A DNA stretch of 64,000 bases, from NCBI GenBank assembly GCA_020137815.1, contig CM035356.1:3720001-3784000 (forward strand), read 5' to 3'. A program made the translations under genes and the position numbers. This stretch comes from Hormiphora californensis. Its lineage: Eukaryota > Animalia > Ctenophora. The notes under the pieces were generated by a model. That model worked only from the letters and a program-made list of their open reading frames with translations. It ran no database searches and was not told the origin of the DNA. Positions 33,737 to 47,800 of this stretch are shown here, in pieces (the first letter of the stretch is position 1; each line of letters opens with the position of its first letter).

Positions 33737-34209
33737 ACCACACAGCCGATTGAAATTGAGCTGCTGAGTATCAGGGGCTCTTTCTCTCTCATGTCTAATA
33801 TCATGTCTTTGTGCTAACCAGACTAAGAGGTTAATACTGCATGCTACCTCTCCCTATATTTTCTCCCTGTTTCAAGCTCTCCGTGTAGTCCATTTTTTTC
33901 AACTGTTCATCCCCGTTTTCGTGCACAGATTTGTTTCGTGCACCTATCACTGCACATCAAGAATTATAAATATCACACATGCACGAGTTTGGGGTGAACA
34001 GTTGAAAAACTTCATTTGCCATTTCTTCTTAGTTATTCACTTTTTGAAACTTTGAACTGGAACTAAGATCAGAGCTCATTTGTCTGAAATAGTATCATCC
34101 CCCTCACAACCTTTATCCTCTCATGCATCATATCACCCTATTATAATATCCACCCACATTCATTCCCCTCTCTTTCTCTGTCTCTAGCGGATGTAAAGAG
34201 AGACATACC

Positions 34210-36026
34210 ATGGGAGCAGGGGCCTCTGGAGCGGGTAAGCAACAAACCCTCGAAGTGCACTATCCCCGGCAGTCGATAGCAGAAATTAGCCGTCAGAGCA
34301 AGTTATCATTTGTAGCTGTATTAAGAGAGGTAAGTTACCATGACAACAACATCTGTGTATAATATAGTGCTGGAAGTTGTTGCCATGGTTTCAATAACGC
34401 TTAACAACATACTTCTGTATACCTTCTATCTCTTCCAATATCTTCTTCTGTCGGGTGTCAGACCCTTAAGAACTATCGCCACTCTCTTCTAATACGTCCA
34501 CTTGTTTTCAGTGGCAACGGTGGGTGGAGTTGGGCTGTGACGAGGATGGAAATCTCGCTGTATCAGCACTTCGCACACAGTACCCCACTGATCCACTAAT
34601 GCATCGTGTTATTGACAGTATACCCGCTCTTGATGATCAAATAAGGTGCGTGCAAACTGTCCCTCTTTCTCTCGCTCTCTCGTCACTATAAATGTAATAG
34701 CCAGATAATTGGATGTCTTCGCTAATTGGCCCCTAACTATCATATTGTGTCTAAGTGGATCGCCAATAATGAGGCTCAATCAGCCTTTTTCTAACTCACT
34801 CTTCTCACCCTCTCGAATTGTTAGACCTCCTTCTCTCATCCATTTCTACTTGGCTTTTTCAATTTTATGCAATGCTCTGTTTGTCGTTGGTTTTTGACTA
34901 TCATTTCTCTCGCTCTATCTCTTATTCTCTCTCTGTCTCTCCCACACTGAAGGAGATATAAATCTATTTTCTTCAGTTCACAGCGGTATAATTAAAATTT
35001 AAAGCTGTCAGCTTCGGACCACTATTATATCTTCTTGTAAGTTGTACCCCACTCTCTCTCTCTCTCTCTCTAGATTGCCTCTCTCTCCCTCTTTCTATAT
35101 CTCCCTCTCTTCCTCCCCCTTTAAAGTATGACGTGCCGTGTGACCAACTTCCTTCCCGGCCTCTTCATCTCTACCCCTTGCAGTTTGTTCTGACTTCTGT
35201 GTGTATCTATTTGTGCCATAATTTAAATACAGTTTAGACTTGTATAGTTTTGCGGTTCTTTTTTATGGTGTACTTGTCAATGTTCCCCCCTACTAACATT
35301 TCTCGCCCCTGGGGCTGAAGAAGATTAGACCATATCAATATTTAACAACGTCTCCCCCTGCAGTTTCACGGATTTTTGCCGAGTTCTCTACATCTGGCAG
35401 ACAATGGTTATGGAGGAAAGACTTCAAACTCTCTTCCAAATACTGAATAATGGAGATCCCCTTACAACTGACGTTGTGGCCCAAATTATCAAGGCAATCC
35501 GTCCTGATGAAGACATGGAGCAAATCAAGCTAATTGCTGCACACATGCCCTCTTCACTTAGCTGCTTAGGTGAGAGAATTATCATCTCTACTATAACATA
35601 ATGTTATGAGAACTGTCTACATTTTGAAGTAGAGCCATGGTGTTGGCAGTGAATAATGTTTTGATAGTGTGTTGCAATCCGGAGAAATCATAGTATATTG
35701 TTTCATCTATCATGATAGATTGCAGACATTAATTTTGTCCACCTTCCTTATGTATGTTTTAACAACACTCCCTGCCCTCTCTTGCCGATTTTATTTTACT
35801 GACCACTCCGAACTTCTGTCTGACGGCCAGACTTCTGGTACAAATTGTACCGTACAAAATAATATTGGACCCTTTCTCAGGTACCTCTGTGATCGACGAG
35901 GAAGATTTCGTTGCATGGGCAAAGTGTCTACCAGCAGAGGAGCTACATACTAAGCTGGGAACTTTTACCATAATTGATGAACGGGTGATGGCGGCAATGG
36001 AAGAACAACACGCTAGGAACCAGTGA
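34210..36026 (+). CDS. N-myristoylated degenerate EF-hand protein (calcineurin B/CHP-like). Exons 34210-34329, 34512-34645, 35364-35569, 35881-36026
   Basis: MGAGAS start; LGCDEDGNLAVSAL, DPLMHRVI, ISFTDFCRVL, EERLQTLFQIL, VIDEEDFVAW follow the CNB/CHP layout; splice phases consistent. Confidence 0.65.
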
Positions 36027-36595
36027 TTTGCTGGATCCAGTGATTTGTTGGTGAGTTTTTCAGCCCCCGGTTGAGAAGAAGAAGTTTGATTTAAATCAGA
36101 GTGAGGGACAAGAAAGGAAAGCTGCTGCCGTGTATGATAGTTACAGCGGTGTTTGATAGCTCTTTCTTCGTAGAGGGAGAGAGAGAGAGCGAGAGAGAGA
36201 TTGGGAGCGATGGTGGAATATTTTAAGAATGAATCATCCGCGAGACAGAGGGTAAGAAAGAGAGAGAATATTGGTTCTCAGCCTAGCTAAATGATAGCGT
36301 GACGTTATGTGGTGCCGAGCTGTAGAAGTTGTCACTTCTAAATGAGAAGGAGTTATAGCAAGATTGATGACAAATGATCTTCCTAGATCCTAAAATAATT
36401 ATTTATCATGATTTATCGGGGATTTATCCCTTTTTATGTCAGATCTGTAAAATTTCTGTACAGTTGTAAATAAAACGGTGTACGATTTTTTCCACTTCCT
36501 TTTATCAATAATGTATTTTCTTGCTTTATCTCTCTTTCTCTCTCACCAGACTCAAGCCCCAATTTGAGAGTTACCATAACAACCGACTTTTTAGC

Positions 36596-38356
36596 ATGGC
36601 TTCTGTTGCATATCATCCGTATTCAAATGAGCGAAGTGAGCGGAAAACAAACGCCAAGGACCCAAATAAGCCCAAGAAAAAGAAATCTGCTTTTGATGTT
36701 TTCCGAACGGAACAAATGTCCGAATTCAAGCGGCTGAATCCTGATACTAAAGTTGATCTTGGAGGTAAGCCCTTTTCTGACTCATCACATAGAATTTGTT
36801 TCTCTTTAAATCTGACATCACTTAGAGCGCTGTTCTATATCCTTCTATTACCCCTCCCTGGGGGTATCTCTCTCTGATTCCATCTCTCTCGCCCTTTTAT
36901 AATTACCACACAGTAGCACGGTCCCGCCAAGCTCTCACGAACTAAACTGAGTACACTCATACAGTGCATGGCAATGTCCCCCCTTTTACTCTCTCGCTAG
37001 CTCTCTCTGTCTCCCTCTCACATACATTCTAGCTGCGGCTGACGGCCGTCTTTCCTTATTTAACTATCTTGATCTCTTTATTTTCCCTCCCTTCTCTCCT
37101 TGTCCCCTCTCCACATTCTCTCTCTCCCTCTCTGCCCCATTGATACTCCGTCCCGGCCCTCTCAGCTCAGTCTGAATGTTTTGCCGCCGCACGTGCGTTC
37201 ACCGTGCGCGTTCACTAAAACCCGCATCTTAGGCTGCCGTTAGCTGTGAGCTTTGCGAGTTCAACCCCCTCAGAAGAGGTGAAAGCACAGCGTCGCAGCA
37301 CCTACCGTAATGTAAAGGGACGCGCGCGCGCAGTGCCACTCCCTCCCACCTTTGTGCAGCTGCCCGCCGTCCTTCTCACATCTTCTATCCCCCACAGAAT
37401 ATCATGATATCCAGATATTATCCCTCATATCATTCATGATATTATCTTCTTTCTCTCTCCCTACAGTGTTCATGACGAACCTTAGTGCAACATGGGGCTC
37501 CCTATCCGATGAAAAGAAGATCCCCTACGTTCAGGAATCAGAGAAAGATCTGATTCGATTCCAGGCAGAGATGGCCAACTACGTCCCCAATCCTGAGTTT
37601 ATCAAGAAGAAGAAGAAGAGGGTGAAGGAGCCTGGCGAGCCCAAGAGAGCAACGTAAGTGATTCTTAGAGATAATTCCCTTGGGAGAAAGCGAGATAATT
37701 CTGATGAGCGAACTAATTTTCTGGGCTGTGGGTTGTGATATGACCGAAGATAATGATCGGCCATGATGGCCATTATACGAGGTTTTGGGAGATGGAAATT
37801 ATCGTCGGAAACTGGCTTTTAAAATAGATCCAGATATAAAACAAATTTACAGCCGTTTACACCCATTTCTTTCATAAATCAATCACCAAACGTAAACCAG
37901 TTGTACCACACGTCTTTTTGACTCTGGTTTTCCTCTATACGTCAATTCTGCCTTATATTTATCTCTCTCACACACGCAGATTCTCTGTCCCTCTCCTCTC
38001 CGTCTCTTCCTAATTCTCTCCACCTGGGGCCCGCCAATTTTACACCGACCGTTTAATTTGTTAGCCACCAGTTAATAGTGTTTCTGCCGGTGTACGCTAT
38101 AATACCTTTCCTTTTCTCTACCACCAAACATTATAAGAGAAAGAGAGAGGAATAGTGTATCTTGCCATTATTCTGTTGCTCTCTATTCTCCGAGTTTTGT
38201 TATTGAACTGTCTCCTTTCTGATCTCATCTTGATCTCTCGATTTGCTCCAACCCCGGTTCTCTTTGTTTCCTTTTGTCGCATGTGTCATCTGAAATCATT
38301 TGCTGTCAGGTCACTATGTGATTATTGTTCTCTATTTCTCTCTCTATCTCTCACTC

Positions 38357-38423
<67 letters not shown>

Positions 38424-41400
38424 CTTACATTTATTGATATTTGCTATTTCCTTCCATCCCCAGCTCTCAGCATGACAGGAGAATATCTCCACAATGAACT
38501 GATCCTAAACCACTCTCTCGCAACATCCAACCACACAACCGAATTCCTTCTTTACGGTCTTTGGGAGGCACTGAGTGGTTTCGCGGGTATTACGGGCAAC
38601 ATTTTCCTCCTCTACCTCCTCCTCGCGTACCCAGCCGCCCTACAACTGGACCTTGTGTCAGTCCACATTTTGAAAAGCCTCGCCATGGTGGATTTGATCT
38701 CTGCACTCTTCATCCCTCCGACCCTCGCGTTATCCTACATTCTGGGACACGGAACGCAGTGGCCGCTGTCTCACACGTGGTGCATTCTGTACAGTTACAT
38801 AAAACACGGTCCAACCAATGCTAACATCTTCTTCATTATGTGTTTCTCACTCTACCGCCTGTACCGGTGTGTCCTACCAATCCGATCGCTAAACACAAAC
38901 GAGGAACGAGTTACGAGGGTCATCTCTATCATCGGTTGGTCGCTCGTTTTCCTGGTGCCTGGTTATATGGCATGTTTCGCGGTTACCGGACACCTTTCCG
39001 TTGGCTACCTGAACGGCCTCGACCAGTTTGGGTCATGTGACTTTATAGATAATCTTCATCCAGCTCACATCACAGCCCGTCCGAAAGTATTCCTAGCGAT
39101 TCTGATGATATTGCTACCCGGGGCAGGCAATAGCAATCTCAAACACAGCATCTCATGGCGCATGTGGTAATAAGGAGCAGTGGGGCGATCAGTTTGAGGG
39201 TGAAAACAACACTTTTCGTTACCTCCATCTTCATTCTCACCTACTTTCCGTACAGTGTGGTTATCATTATCCAGGCTACCAGTAAAACTAGCCTTCCCCG
39301 GGTTGTCCGGCATCTGGCAGCACGGTGTGTCAGTGTGGGGTGCTGGTCCAACCTTCCTATCCTACTGTTTGTCGATCGGAGGTTACGGGGGGTCGTGGGA
39401 AGTGTGATTCGGAGTGGATCGCGGGGTAGGAAGTTCAAGTATATACCACCAAGAATGTCGGTGATGGTGCCGCCTCCGTTAGTTGCGAGATCCCCCGGGG
39501 CGAGGTTTCGGACAGCAGCAAAAGGTGTGCAATTTACAGGTGGGAATTAGGAGAGTGGGCATGCAGCATAATAATGGGAGAGCTGTGCTGCAGTGTGTCA
39601 GGGAGGGAGAGTGATGCTAGCATTTTTTAGGAGTGTGCTTGGATTTTTTTGGGAGATTGCTAGAACTGTACAAGAGAGGCAGCCTGCTATACCTTTCAAC
39701 TCCCAAGGAGAGCTGACTTTCTTTCCAATTTCCATAGCCCAAAGCTACTCCCCGACCTTGCTGTGAATGGCCATTGCTTTTAATGATATGTCTTGAAGCG
39801 GCTGAATCGGCAGGTGCACAGTTGCTCGACAGTCTATTTCTGGCTGCTATTTCTGGCTGCTATTTCTGGCTGCTATTTCTGGCTGCAAGACCTATTTCTG
39901 GCTGCAAGACCTATTTCTGGCTGCAAGCAGCCAGAAATAGATTTAGCAGCCAGAAATAGCAGCCAGAAATAGATTTTAGCAGCCAGAAATAGATTTTAGC
40001 AGCCAGAAATAGGGTTTCTCTCACGTGATCTCTCTATCTCTGTATGGGATACGAGAGACGAATCGGTGAAGTAATTCAGTATCTGCAACTAATTGGGTAT
40101 GGGATACGGGACCTGCCAAATTAGTTGCAGATCGAGTATGTTGTCCTCAGTCGGGCGCTGCTGCTGGACGTGTTGGCGAGGAAGATGGTGGTCGCATAGG
40201 AACTGGTCCACTATGGTCCTCTCGATGTGCGTATTCGGATCCAGGTTTACGGTCCTCGATACCTCCCGGCAGGCACACAGGTTGAAACGCCGCAGGATCC
40301 GGAGCGGAGATGTGGGCCTGTTCAGAGGGCAGGCCTGAAGCTGGAGTCTTCCCTCCATACAGAGGGAGCAAATGTCGAGGCTCCTCCTCGATGTTGTCCC
40401 TGATCAAGGAGTGTTCGTGGTTTTGTCGTTTCGTGGGAGAGAAGGTATAGGAGCTGTCCGGTGGCGGCATAATTGATTGCGATGCCTTGACGTCAAAATT
40501 TGGCCTTTTATAATGGATTGTCATAATGGGTCCCACCCACCTTGTTTGTGACACGAGGCATGAAAAGTTACACGATAAGAGATCTGTTTATCGGTTATCC
40601 TATCCCGACATATTACACAGCGTGATATGAGATCAGTTTATCGGTGATGCAATGGGTGTGATAACACATATTCGATGGCGTAAATTTCAAGTTTGGAGCT
40701 AGGGGACAGGTAAAACAAAAGAGGTGCCTCTCATATCCCATACCCAATTAGTTGCAGATACCGAATCACTTCACCGATTCGTTTCCCGTATCCCATACCA
40801 AATTAGTTGCAGATACCGAATCATTTCACCGATTCGTCTCCCGTATCCCATACCCAATTACAGTTGCAGATACCAAATCACTTCACCGATTCGTCTCTCG
40901 TATCCCATACAGAGATAGAGAGATCACGTGAGAGAAACCCTATTTCTGGCTGCTAGACCCTATTTCGATTACCTACAACTATGGCTCATGCAACTATGGC
41001 TCATAAAATCTATGAGCCATAGATGCATACAACTATGGCTCATAGATTTTATGAGCCATAGATGCATACAACTATGGCTCATAGAAATGTGATCTGATTA
41101 GGTTCTATGAGCCAAAGCTAGTGAGAGTGAGTGACACGTGAGTGACACGTGAGTGACACGTGAGTGACACGTGAGTGACATGTGAGTGACACGTGAGTTT
41201 TCGAATCATGTAATATTAAATGAGCACAAATGCAAACGATTTACATAATGATAAATCTAATATTACATAATTAAAATTACACTATCAGTTCATCTTGGAT
41301 ATAATGGTAAAAGGGGTCCTTCTTTGGACAGTTCATAGAGCATTTCACGTGAATCAGCAGCTCCTTAACACGATGTTTATTCAAATCTATGATCGGATAG

Positions 41401-43922
41401 GTACTAAACAGCCGCCTTGCATTATCACTATCAGGATCCACAGTAAAAAACTCTCCAACAGGTCTGATTTTCGAGAAAGTAGTATAGGTAGGATGTTCCC
41501 AGAAATTGCCTGGCTAAAGTTTCTGATCTTTCACACTCTTCCAAAACCTCCCGGTACTCGTTGAACGTTGTAGTGTTGTTCGTGACGTCGATAACAATTA
41601 TAGCTAGTGAATCTACTAACAAATTCTAATGAGCGGGATGGATATGTGACAGTGTCACATATCCACCCCCCTCACTGACACGATTCTGGGATGCGCCATT
41701 AGCAGAGTGAAACGATACGAGATACGAAACTTATGATTCGGGGGAGCTCATTAGCAGTGTGAGACGATACGGTATATGGAACATGATTCGGGGAAGCTTA
41801 TTAGGAGTGCTAGACGATATGAGACACGATTCGGAGAATGTTTTATCGCTCTTTTTATCTATCTCTATTTCTTTTTGTCAATTATCTTGAGAACCAGATG
41901 AGATACCTACTCATACTAATGCGAGGAAGCTACAAACTTTGGTGCCCTTATTTTTGTCCATACTCCTTTTCCTTTTTTATCTGGATGTCGGCTCAGCCCC
42001 GTTGTTTTTAGGGGGATATGTTGTTGTTTTAGATGGAATGGTTTGAATTTGGTCTGTTTGGCAAGACTCGAAAAAAAACCGAACGCATTCCAGCTCGCAT
42101 TATAGTATAATGGTAAGCTCTCAAGTCCAAGATAATTGACAAAAAGAGATAGAGATAGAGATAGATAGAAAGAGCGATAAAACATTCTCCGAATCGTTTC
42201 TCATATCGTCTAACACTCCTAATAAGCTTCCCCGAATCATGTTCCATATACCGTATCGTCTCACACTGCTAATGAGCTCCCCCGAATCATAAGTTTCGTA
42301 TCTCGTATCGTTTCACTCTGCTAATGGCGCATCCCAGAATCGTGTCAGTGAGGGGGGTGGATATGTGACACTGTCACATATCCATCCCGCTCATTAGAAT
42401 TTGTTAGTAGATTCACTAGCTATAATTGTTATCGACGTCACGAACAACACTACAACGTTCAACGAGTACCGGGAGGTTTTGGAAGAGTGTGAAAGATCAG
42501 AAACTTTAGCCAGGCAATTTCTGGGAACATCCTACCTATACTACTTTCTCGAAAATCAGACCTGTTGGAGAGTTTTTTACTGTGGATCCTGATAGTGATA
42601 ATGCAAGGCGGCTGTTTAGTACCTATCCGATCATAGATTTGAATAAACATCGTGTTAAGGAGCTGCTGATTCACGTGAAATGCTCTATGAACTGTCCAAA
42701 GAAGGACCCCTTTTACCATTATATCCAAGATGAACTGATAGTGTAATTTTAATTATGTAATATTAGATTTATCATTATGTAAATCGTTTGCATTTGTGCT
42801 CATTTAATATTACATGATTCGAAAACTCACGTGTCACTCACATGTCACTCACGTGTCACTCACGTGTCACTCACGTGTCACTCACTCTCACTAGCTTTGG
42901 CTCATAGAACCTAATCAGATCACATTTCTATGAGCCATAGTTGTATGCATCTATGGCTCATAAAATCTATGAGCCATAGTTGCATGCATCTATGGCTCAT
43001 AGATTTTATGAGCCATAGTTGCATGAGCCATAGTTGTAGGTCACCCCCTATTTCTGGCTGCTAAAATCTATTTCTGGCTGCTATTTCTGGCTGCTAAATC
43101 TATTTCTGGCTGCTTGCAGCCAGAAATAGGTCTAGCAGCCAGAAATAGGTCTTGCAGCCAGAAATAGGTCTTGCAGCCAGAAATAGCAGCCAGAAATAGC
43201 AGCCAGAAATAGCAGCCAGAAATAGCAGCCAGAAATAGACTGTCGAGCAACTGTGCACCTGCCGCTGAATCGAGGTTGTCCATTTGGTACTCTCTCCCGA
43301 AGAGTGACACGCGGCAAAGACCTGTCAGAGTATTGGCCTGACAGGGAAAGACAGGAAATATGTATGCATTGTGTGAGGGCGAATTATAAGTGCGTGTGTT
43401 TTATGATATAGTGAAGATTTGAGTCTCCCACAAATTACATGTCATTCTATGCTAACTCCTCTTTCGCATGGCAGCTATAATAACTCTCAAATCCATTGCC
43501 TAACCAGCAAAAATCTAACCGTCTCCCAAAACATTTCAGGACCGGTTTCATGTTTTTCTCCAACACGAATCGAGGAGAGGTAGTAAGAGAGAACCCAGAT
43601 CTAAGGGTTGGCGGGATTGCCAAGATAATGGGCGAGAGATGGGGCAAGATGACGCTTGAAGAAAAGGCACCCTACCAAAAGATGGCCGAGGAAGATAAGT
43701 AAGTAATTTTATAATCCTAAAATGTATGATGCCCATAATACATCATATACAATATTGCTCCAACGCGAAACCACTTTCCATTTAATCGGATTCCACACCG
43801 CACACGCCTTATATTATGCCCCCACCCCGTTATGATATGTGATTGTAACCGAACCGTTTTCCAGGGAGCGCTACCTGCGTGAGGCAACAGCTTGGCGTAA
43901 AGCCAAAGAGAACGGTTCGTAA
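36596..43922 (+). CDS. Two-box HMGB-like protein. Exons 36596-36764, 37467-37653, 43540-43698, 43865-43922
   Basis: KDPNKPKKKKSAFDVF...ATWGSLSDEKKIPY...KEPGEPKRATTGFMFFS...IAKIMGERWGKMTLEEKAPYQKMAEEDKERY; phase-consistent junctions. Confidence 0.88.
38472..39550 (+). pseudogene. Rhodopsin-type GPCR, frameshifted near 39125-39155, nested on the same strand in HMGB intron 2
   Basis: GITGN (TM1), SLAMVDL (TM2), SLYRLYRC (TM3); TM6-7 (FILTYFPY, WSNLPIL) lie in another frame and appear to need two small indels. Confidence 0.7.
39809..43263. mobile_element. Non-autonomous TIR element with 8-bp TSD (hAT-like) and (CTATTTCTGGCTG)n subterminal arrays
   Basis: TIR GGCAGGTGCACAGTTGCTCGACAGTC at both ends; TSD GCTGAATC at 39801-39808 and 43264-43271. 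Confidence 0.85.
40967..43045. mobile_element. Foldback/MULE-like element: ~920-bp inverted arms, ~235-bp spacer, 9-bp TSD; inserted in the right arm of the hAT-like element
   Basis: TSD CCCTATTTC at 40958-40966 and 43046-43054; arms 40967-41890 and ~42126-43045 are reverse complements. Confidence 0.85.
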
Positions 43923-44854
43923 TCGGAGCATCACAAGTTGTGCGAGTCTCACCCAGAAGAACATAACGCACACCAAACAAAGAGGAAGAGATAGTGAGGG
44001 TTATTAGCAGATATATAATAATGAGATTGTTTTTTTTGAACGGGAACCTTACACACAGATATACATCTCCCATTGGGAATTACCATGCTTTATATACGTA
44101 TTACGCTGTCTTGCCTGTGTGTTACATGTGTGTTTTTTCTATTATACAGCAGCTACCCCCCTCAGTGTGATTTTCTCCTCCCCCTCTCCTGAATAGCTCT
44201 TCCTCGCCCCCGTGTCTGTTGAAAGAAATGTGGAATCTCACTGTCCCTTTTCTTCCTTCGGAGCGGTTTTAAATTGTCAGAAGTTTCCTAAAAGTGTTTT
44301 TAGTTTAATACTATCATATTACATTACCTATGTTTATAGATAATTATATACAACATACATAAACACGTTACAACGGAAGTTATTATATTTGGGATATAAA
44401 TTGTAAATTACACAAAAGTGTAAACATCGTCAGTCCTATTTCTAAGATCTATATTTTCTTACCTCGATTACCTCCTGTAACAGTCCTACGTCTCCTAATT
44501 TTGAGCTTATGTACTTGGTAAAGCACACGGTTTCTTAAAGTTTTTATTGTTTGTTGAATTATATTAGAGAAGATAAGAGTTTCAATTGTTCAACCAAGAT
44601 TCAGTTCTGAATTATAAAACCCTTGATATACAGGAACGCGCGAATAGGTGTCGGGATGCACACTTTTTTTAGTGCGCGTCATTTCAAGTATCGGATCACG
44701 CGCATGAAATTTAGAACAGGATTTTTGATTTGCAACACGTTCGCGTTTTTGACCAAGCTCAAGTCGGTTTCTGTTTTTTTATCCAGACAGATGCCTTTTC
44801 TCAAGTGTTGTACCTGAAAATTGCTCTAAAACTTCTCTGAGTTTAGTTTAACCA

Positions 44855-47800
44855 ATGCCGATAACGAAGGTAGCGAGGGGAAGGGAACCCAACTGGAAGG
44901 AATGGGACCAGAAAGCTCAAAAGGGTGGCCTGAGACACACAGTCTTCTGTGGAGGTGGTGATACCTACACTGGACACTGGGAAAACAACCTCAAACACGG
45001 CAAAGGTTTGTTTCTGTTTGTTAGACATCAAAAATTCCGAATTCAAGTACTGATTCACAACATATTTAAATTTTATTAACAACTTTTCCACAATCACACA
45101 ATTCACACCATGACAGTCTCTTTAGTACCTAACATCATGGATGATCCTCCTGAGCATTTCAAGAGACATTTCAGGGGCATCAATTGGTACCATGTGACCG
45201 CTCATCAGCATCCAATAGTACTCAAGGTTCTTGTATCCCTTGTAGAAGGCCCCCGTTCTCTGGTCCTTCTCCTGGGAGGGAGCATAAAGTGGAACCCTAG
45301 GAGACTCATAGTAGTTCTTCAACTCGGACCAGCCCAGCTTTGAAATCCACTTGTCCTGCCCCACGGAGTTTATGATAAAGTCCAACATTCCATTGTAGAC
45401 AATGATCCTCACGCCATCGTCAAGACACGCATCAACAGACTCGATCACATCAATAATCAGCTCATCAGCCAGGTGCATGTAACACTCAAGTGCTTGAGAT
45501 CCCCACTTGACTTCTTTTGGGATAATTCCAAACTTCTTTCTCATCTGCTTGTTCATCAACTCTTTCACATTTTCTCCGTTATAATCGATGGTCAACTTTT
45601 TCATTGGGTTTTCCAGCTTGATCTGTGCCTCCAATTCCTTCACCATTTTTCTCTGCTCGTGCCTAGTCATGTTGGGATAATCAGTGATCAGTGACCTGAC
45701 TCGTGCCAAAGCTTCCATGTGCGCCTCGGTGTTAGATTTAAGGGAGGGTGATGGTTGATGATGGTAGATGATGTTGTAAAAGAAGACATCATCCGTCATG
45801 TTAGCGATGGATCCCATGAGGACACTTAGCATCGTGTTAGCTGTATCAAAATCACCCCAGGAGTATGCCATTCCCATTGCGGTTGCAATAGCGGTCAGGT
45901 TGTTCCACTGGACGATATCAATCTGGCTGGTCTGCCAAAGATAATCAGGGTACGTCATACCCGCATCCATCATGCTCACCGCACCATCTCCAATAGCAAC
46001 GCCTCCAAGAATGACATCACTTAGTTTGCCCTTCGCTTGTGCTTGTACGATCTTACTACCGAACACCGGGGCCACTTTTCCTCCGTAACTTTCAGAAAAT
46101 ATGAAGATGGGGGGAAGTTCGGAGCCGTTATACATTTTGGTTTTCAGGACACTCGTCAGTTGGTCAAGTGTTCCTACAAGATCGTCAGCCACTTCGTACA
46201 CCTAAATTTGGGAGATATGAGATGGCCTGGTTTTGAATGAAATTGAAAGTAAATCAGAAAAGTAATGATTGCATGTCATACCGTGGTTGTCATCGCATCG
46301 AGGTCATCAACGTAGCTGAATCCGGCACCAACGGGCGAGTCAATGAAGAGAAGGGATGCTTCCTTTAGCCAGGTGTAGTTTCGTGGCTTCAAATTGTTAT
46401 CAATCGGTCCTGAAGAGAAATTGTTACTCCGGATTCTACATTATTTTTGAGATCATTAATAATTGATAGTTACTACCTGGCAATTCTACCACCAAGAGCC
46501 ACTTACCTACTTCCATGAAGTTTCCATAACCAGTGCCTGAACCCCCGGGACCTCCCTGTAGCCAGATCACAATTGGTTTTGTATCGGCATCCTCACACGG
46601 GTTTTTCATGAACCACCAGAACTGGTGAACCAAGTCCCTGGGGGCAGTGTAGCCCCACTGTTGTTGAATGGCATCAAAATCGGGGATCTCACAGGTGCTT
46701 GTCACCGATGGCCCGGCAACAAGCAGCACAAAGAAAACGAGAAAGGGTGACATTGCTTATCGGAGCTGGGGGTAAGTTGAGCCTATAAAAGGGGAGTAGC
46801 GGTGATAAGACAACGTCTCAATGTCTCAGCTGGTTGAGGGTTATCAGATAATTTGATTTGTCATTTGGAGCTGGCCAACATCGGCAAGCGGTATCTGCAA
46901 AGAGAAGAATCACGCACATTGAACACATGTATATTTTAGTTTAGAGTTCTTCTAATTTTAGAGTTCTTCAGGAATCATATCAGTGTTGATTGGTTTGGAT
47001 TTGATCTAGGCAATACAAAAGTAATAGCCGATGTCGCCGCGAAAGGAAGGGCAATGTCTAACAAAATAATACACATTTGTACATCACCCCTCCTGCACCA
47101 GACACAACAAAATGCAGTGTGTTTTGGAAAACTGAGAATACGGAAAAAGAAGATGAGAGAGAAATAGAGAGAGAAAGAGAGATAGGGGTGGTTTCGTGTA
47201 TACAACACATGCAGAATTGGTTTGATACGTTGTTACTAATTAATTTATACCGCCTCTATAACAGTAAAAATGCACAATAGACTGCAGGTACAAATTCAAT
47301 GACACATGATTGAAATATTCAGATCGTCTGATCACCTGGCAACTGGATCAGTTGCCATCGATGATCGATCATGATATAAACCGAGTGACTGACAACAAAG
47401 CAACCTCTGATGGGCAATATCAGACGCTACTCATTGTAAATTTATACAACACTTCTGTCAGGCGTTAACAGTAAAACGTAGTAACAATCTGCGGTAGATG
47501 ATGTATCATATTTCATTTTGGTTACCAGCGAAGAAAGGTCTATAGTTAGTTTATAAATTATGTAAACATGTCCAATGTCCAAGTTTATGGGTACGATATT
47601 CTACCAATTTAAATCGTGTACAGATCTCATTATTGGATAGATGTTCTTTGTATCAGCAACCACTAACTGTCACTTTAGTATCCTCTAATCCAGGCAGCAA
47701 AGTCCCACTCTCCCGACAGTGTCCCCCCTAAAAAGTGATTGGCCCTCGTGCGTAAATCAACATTATATTCCCTCCTCCTTCAGGTACCTATTATTGGGCG

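Noticed and set aside
41295-42728. Identical ORF pairs on opposite strands
   Set aside because: Mirror images from the inverted arms, with no recognisable domain
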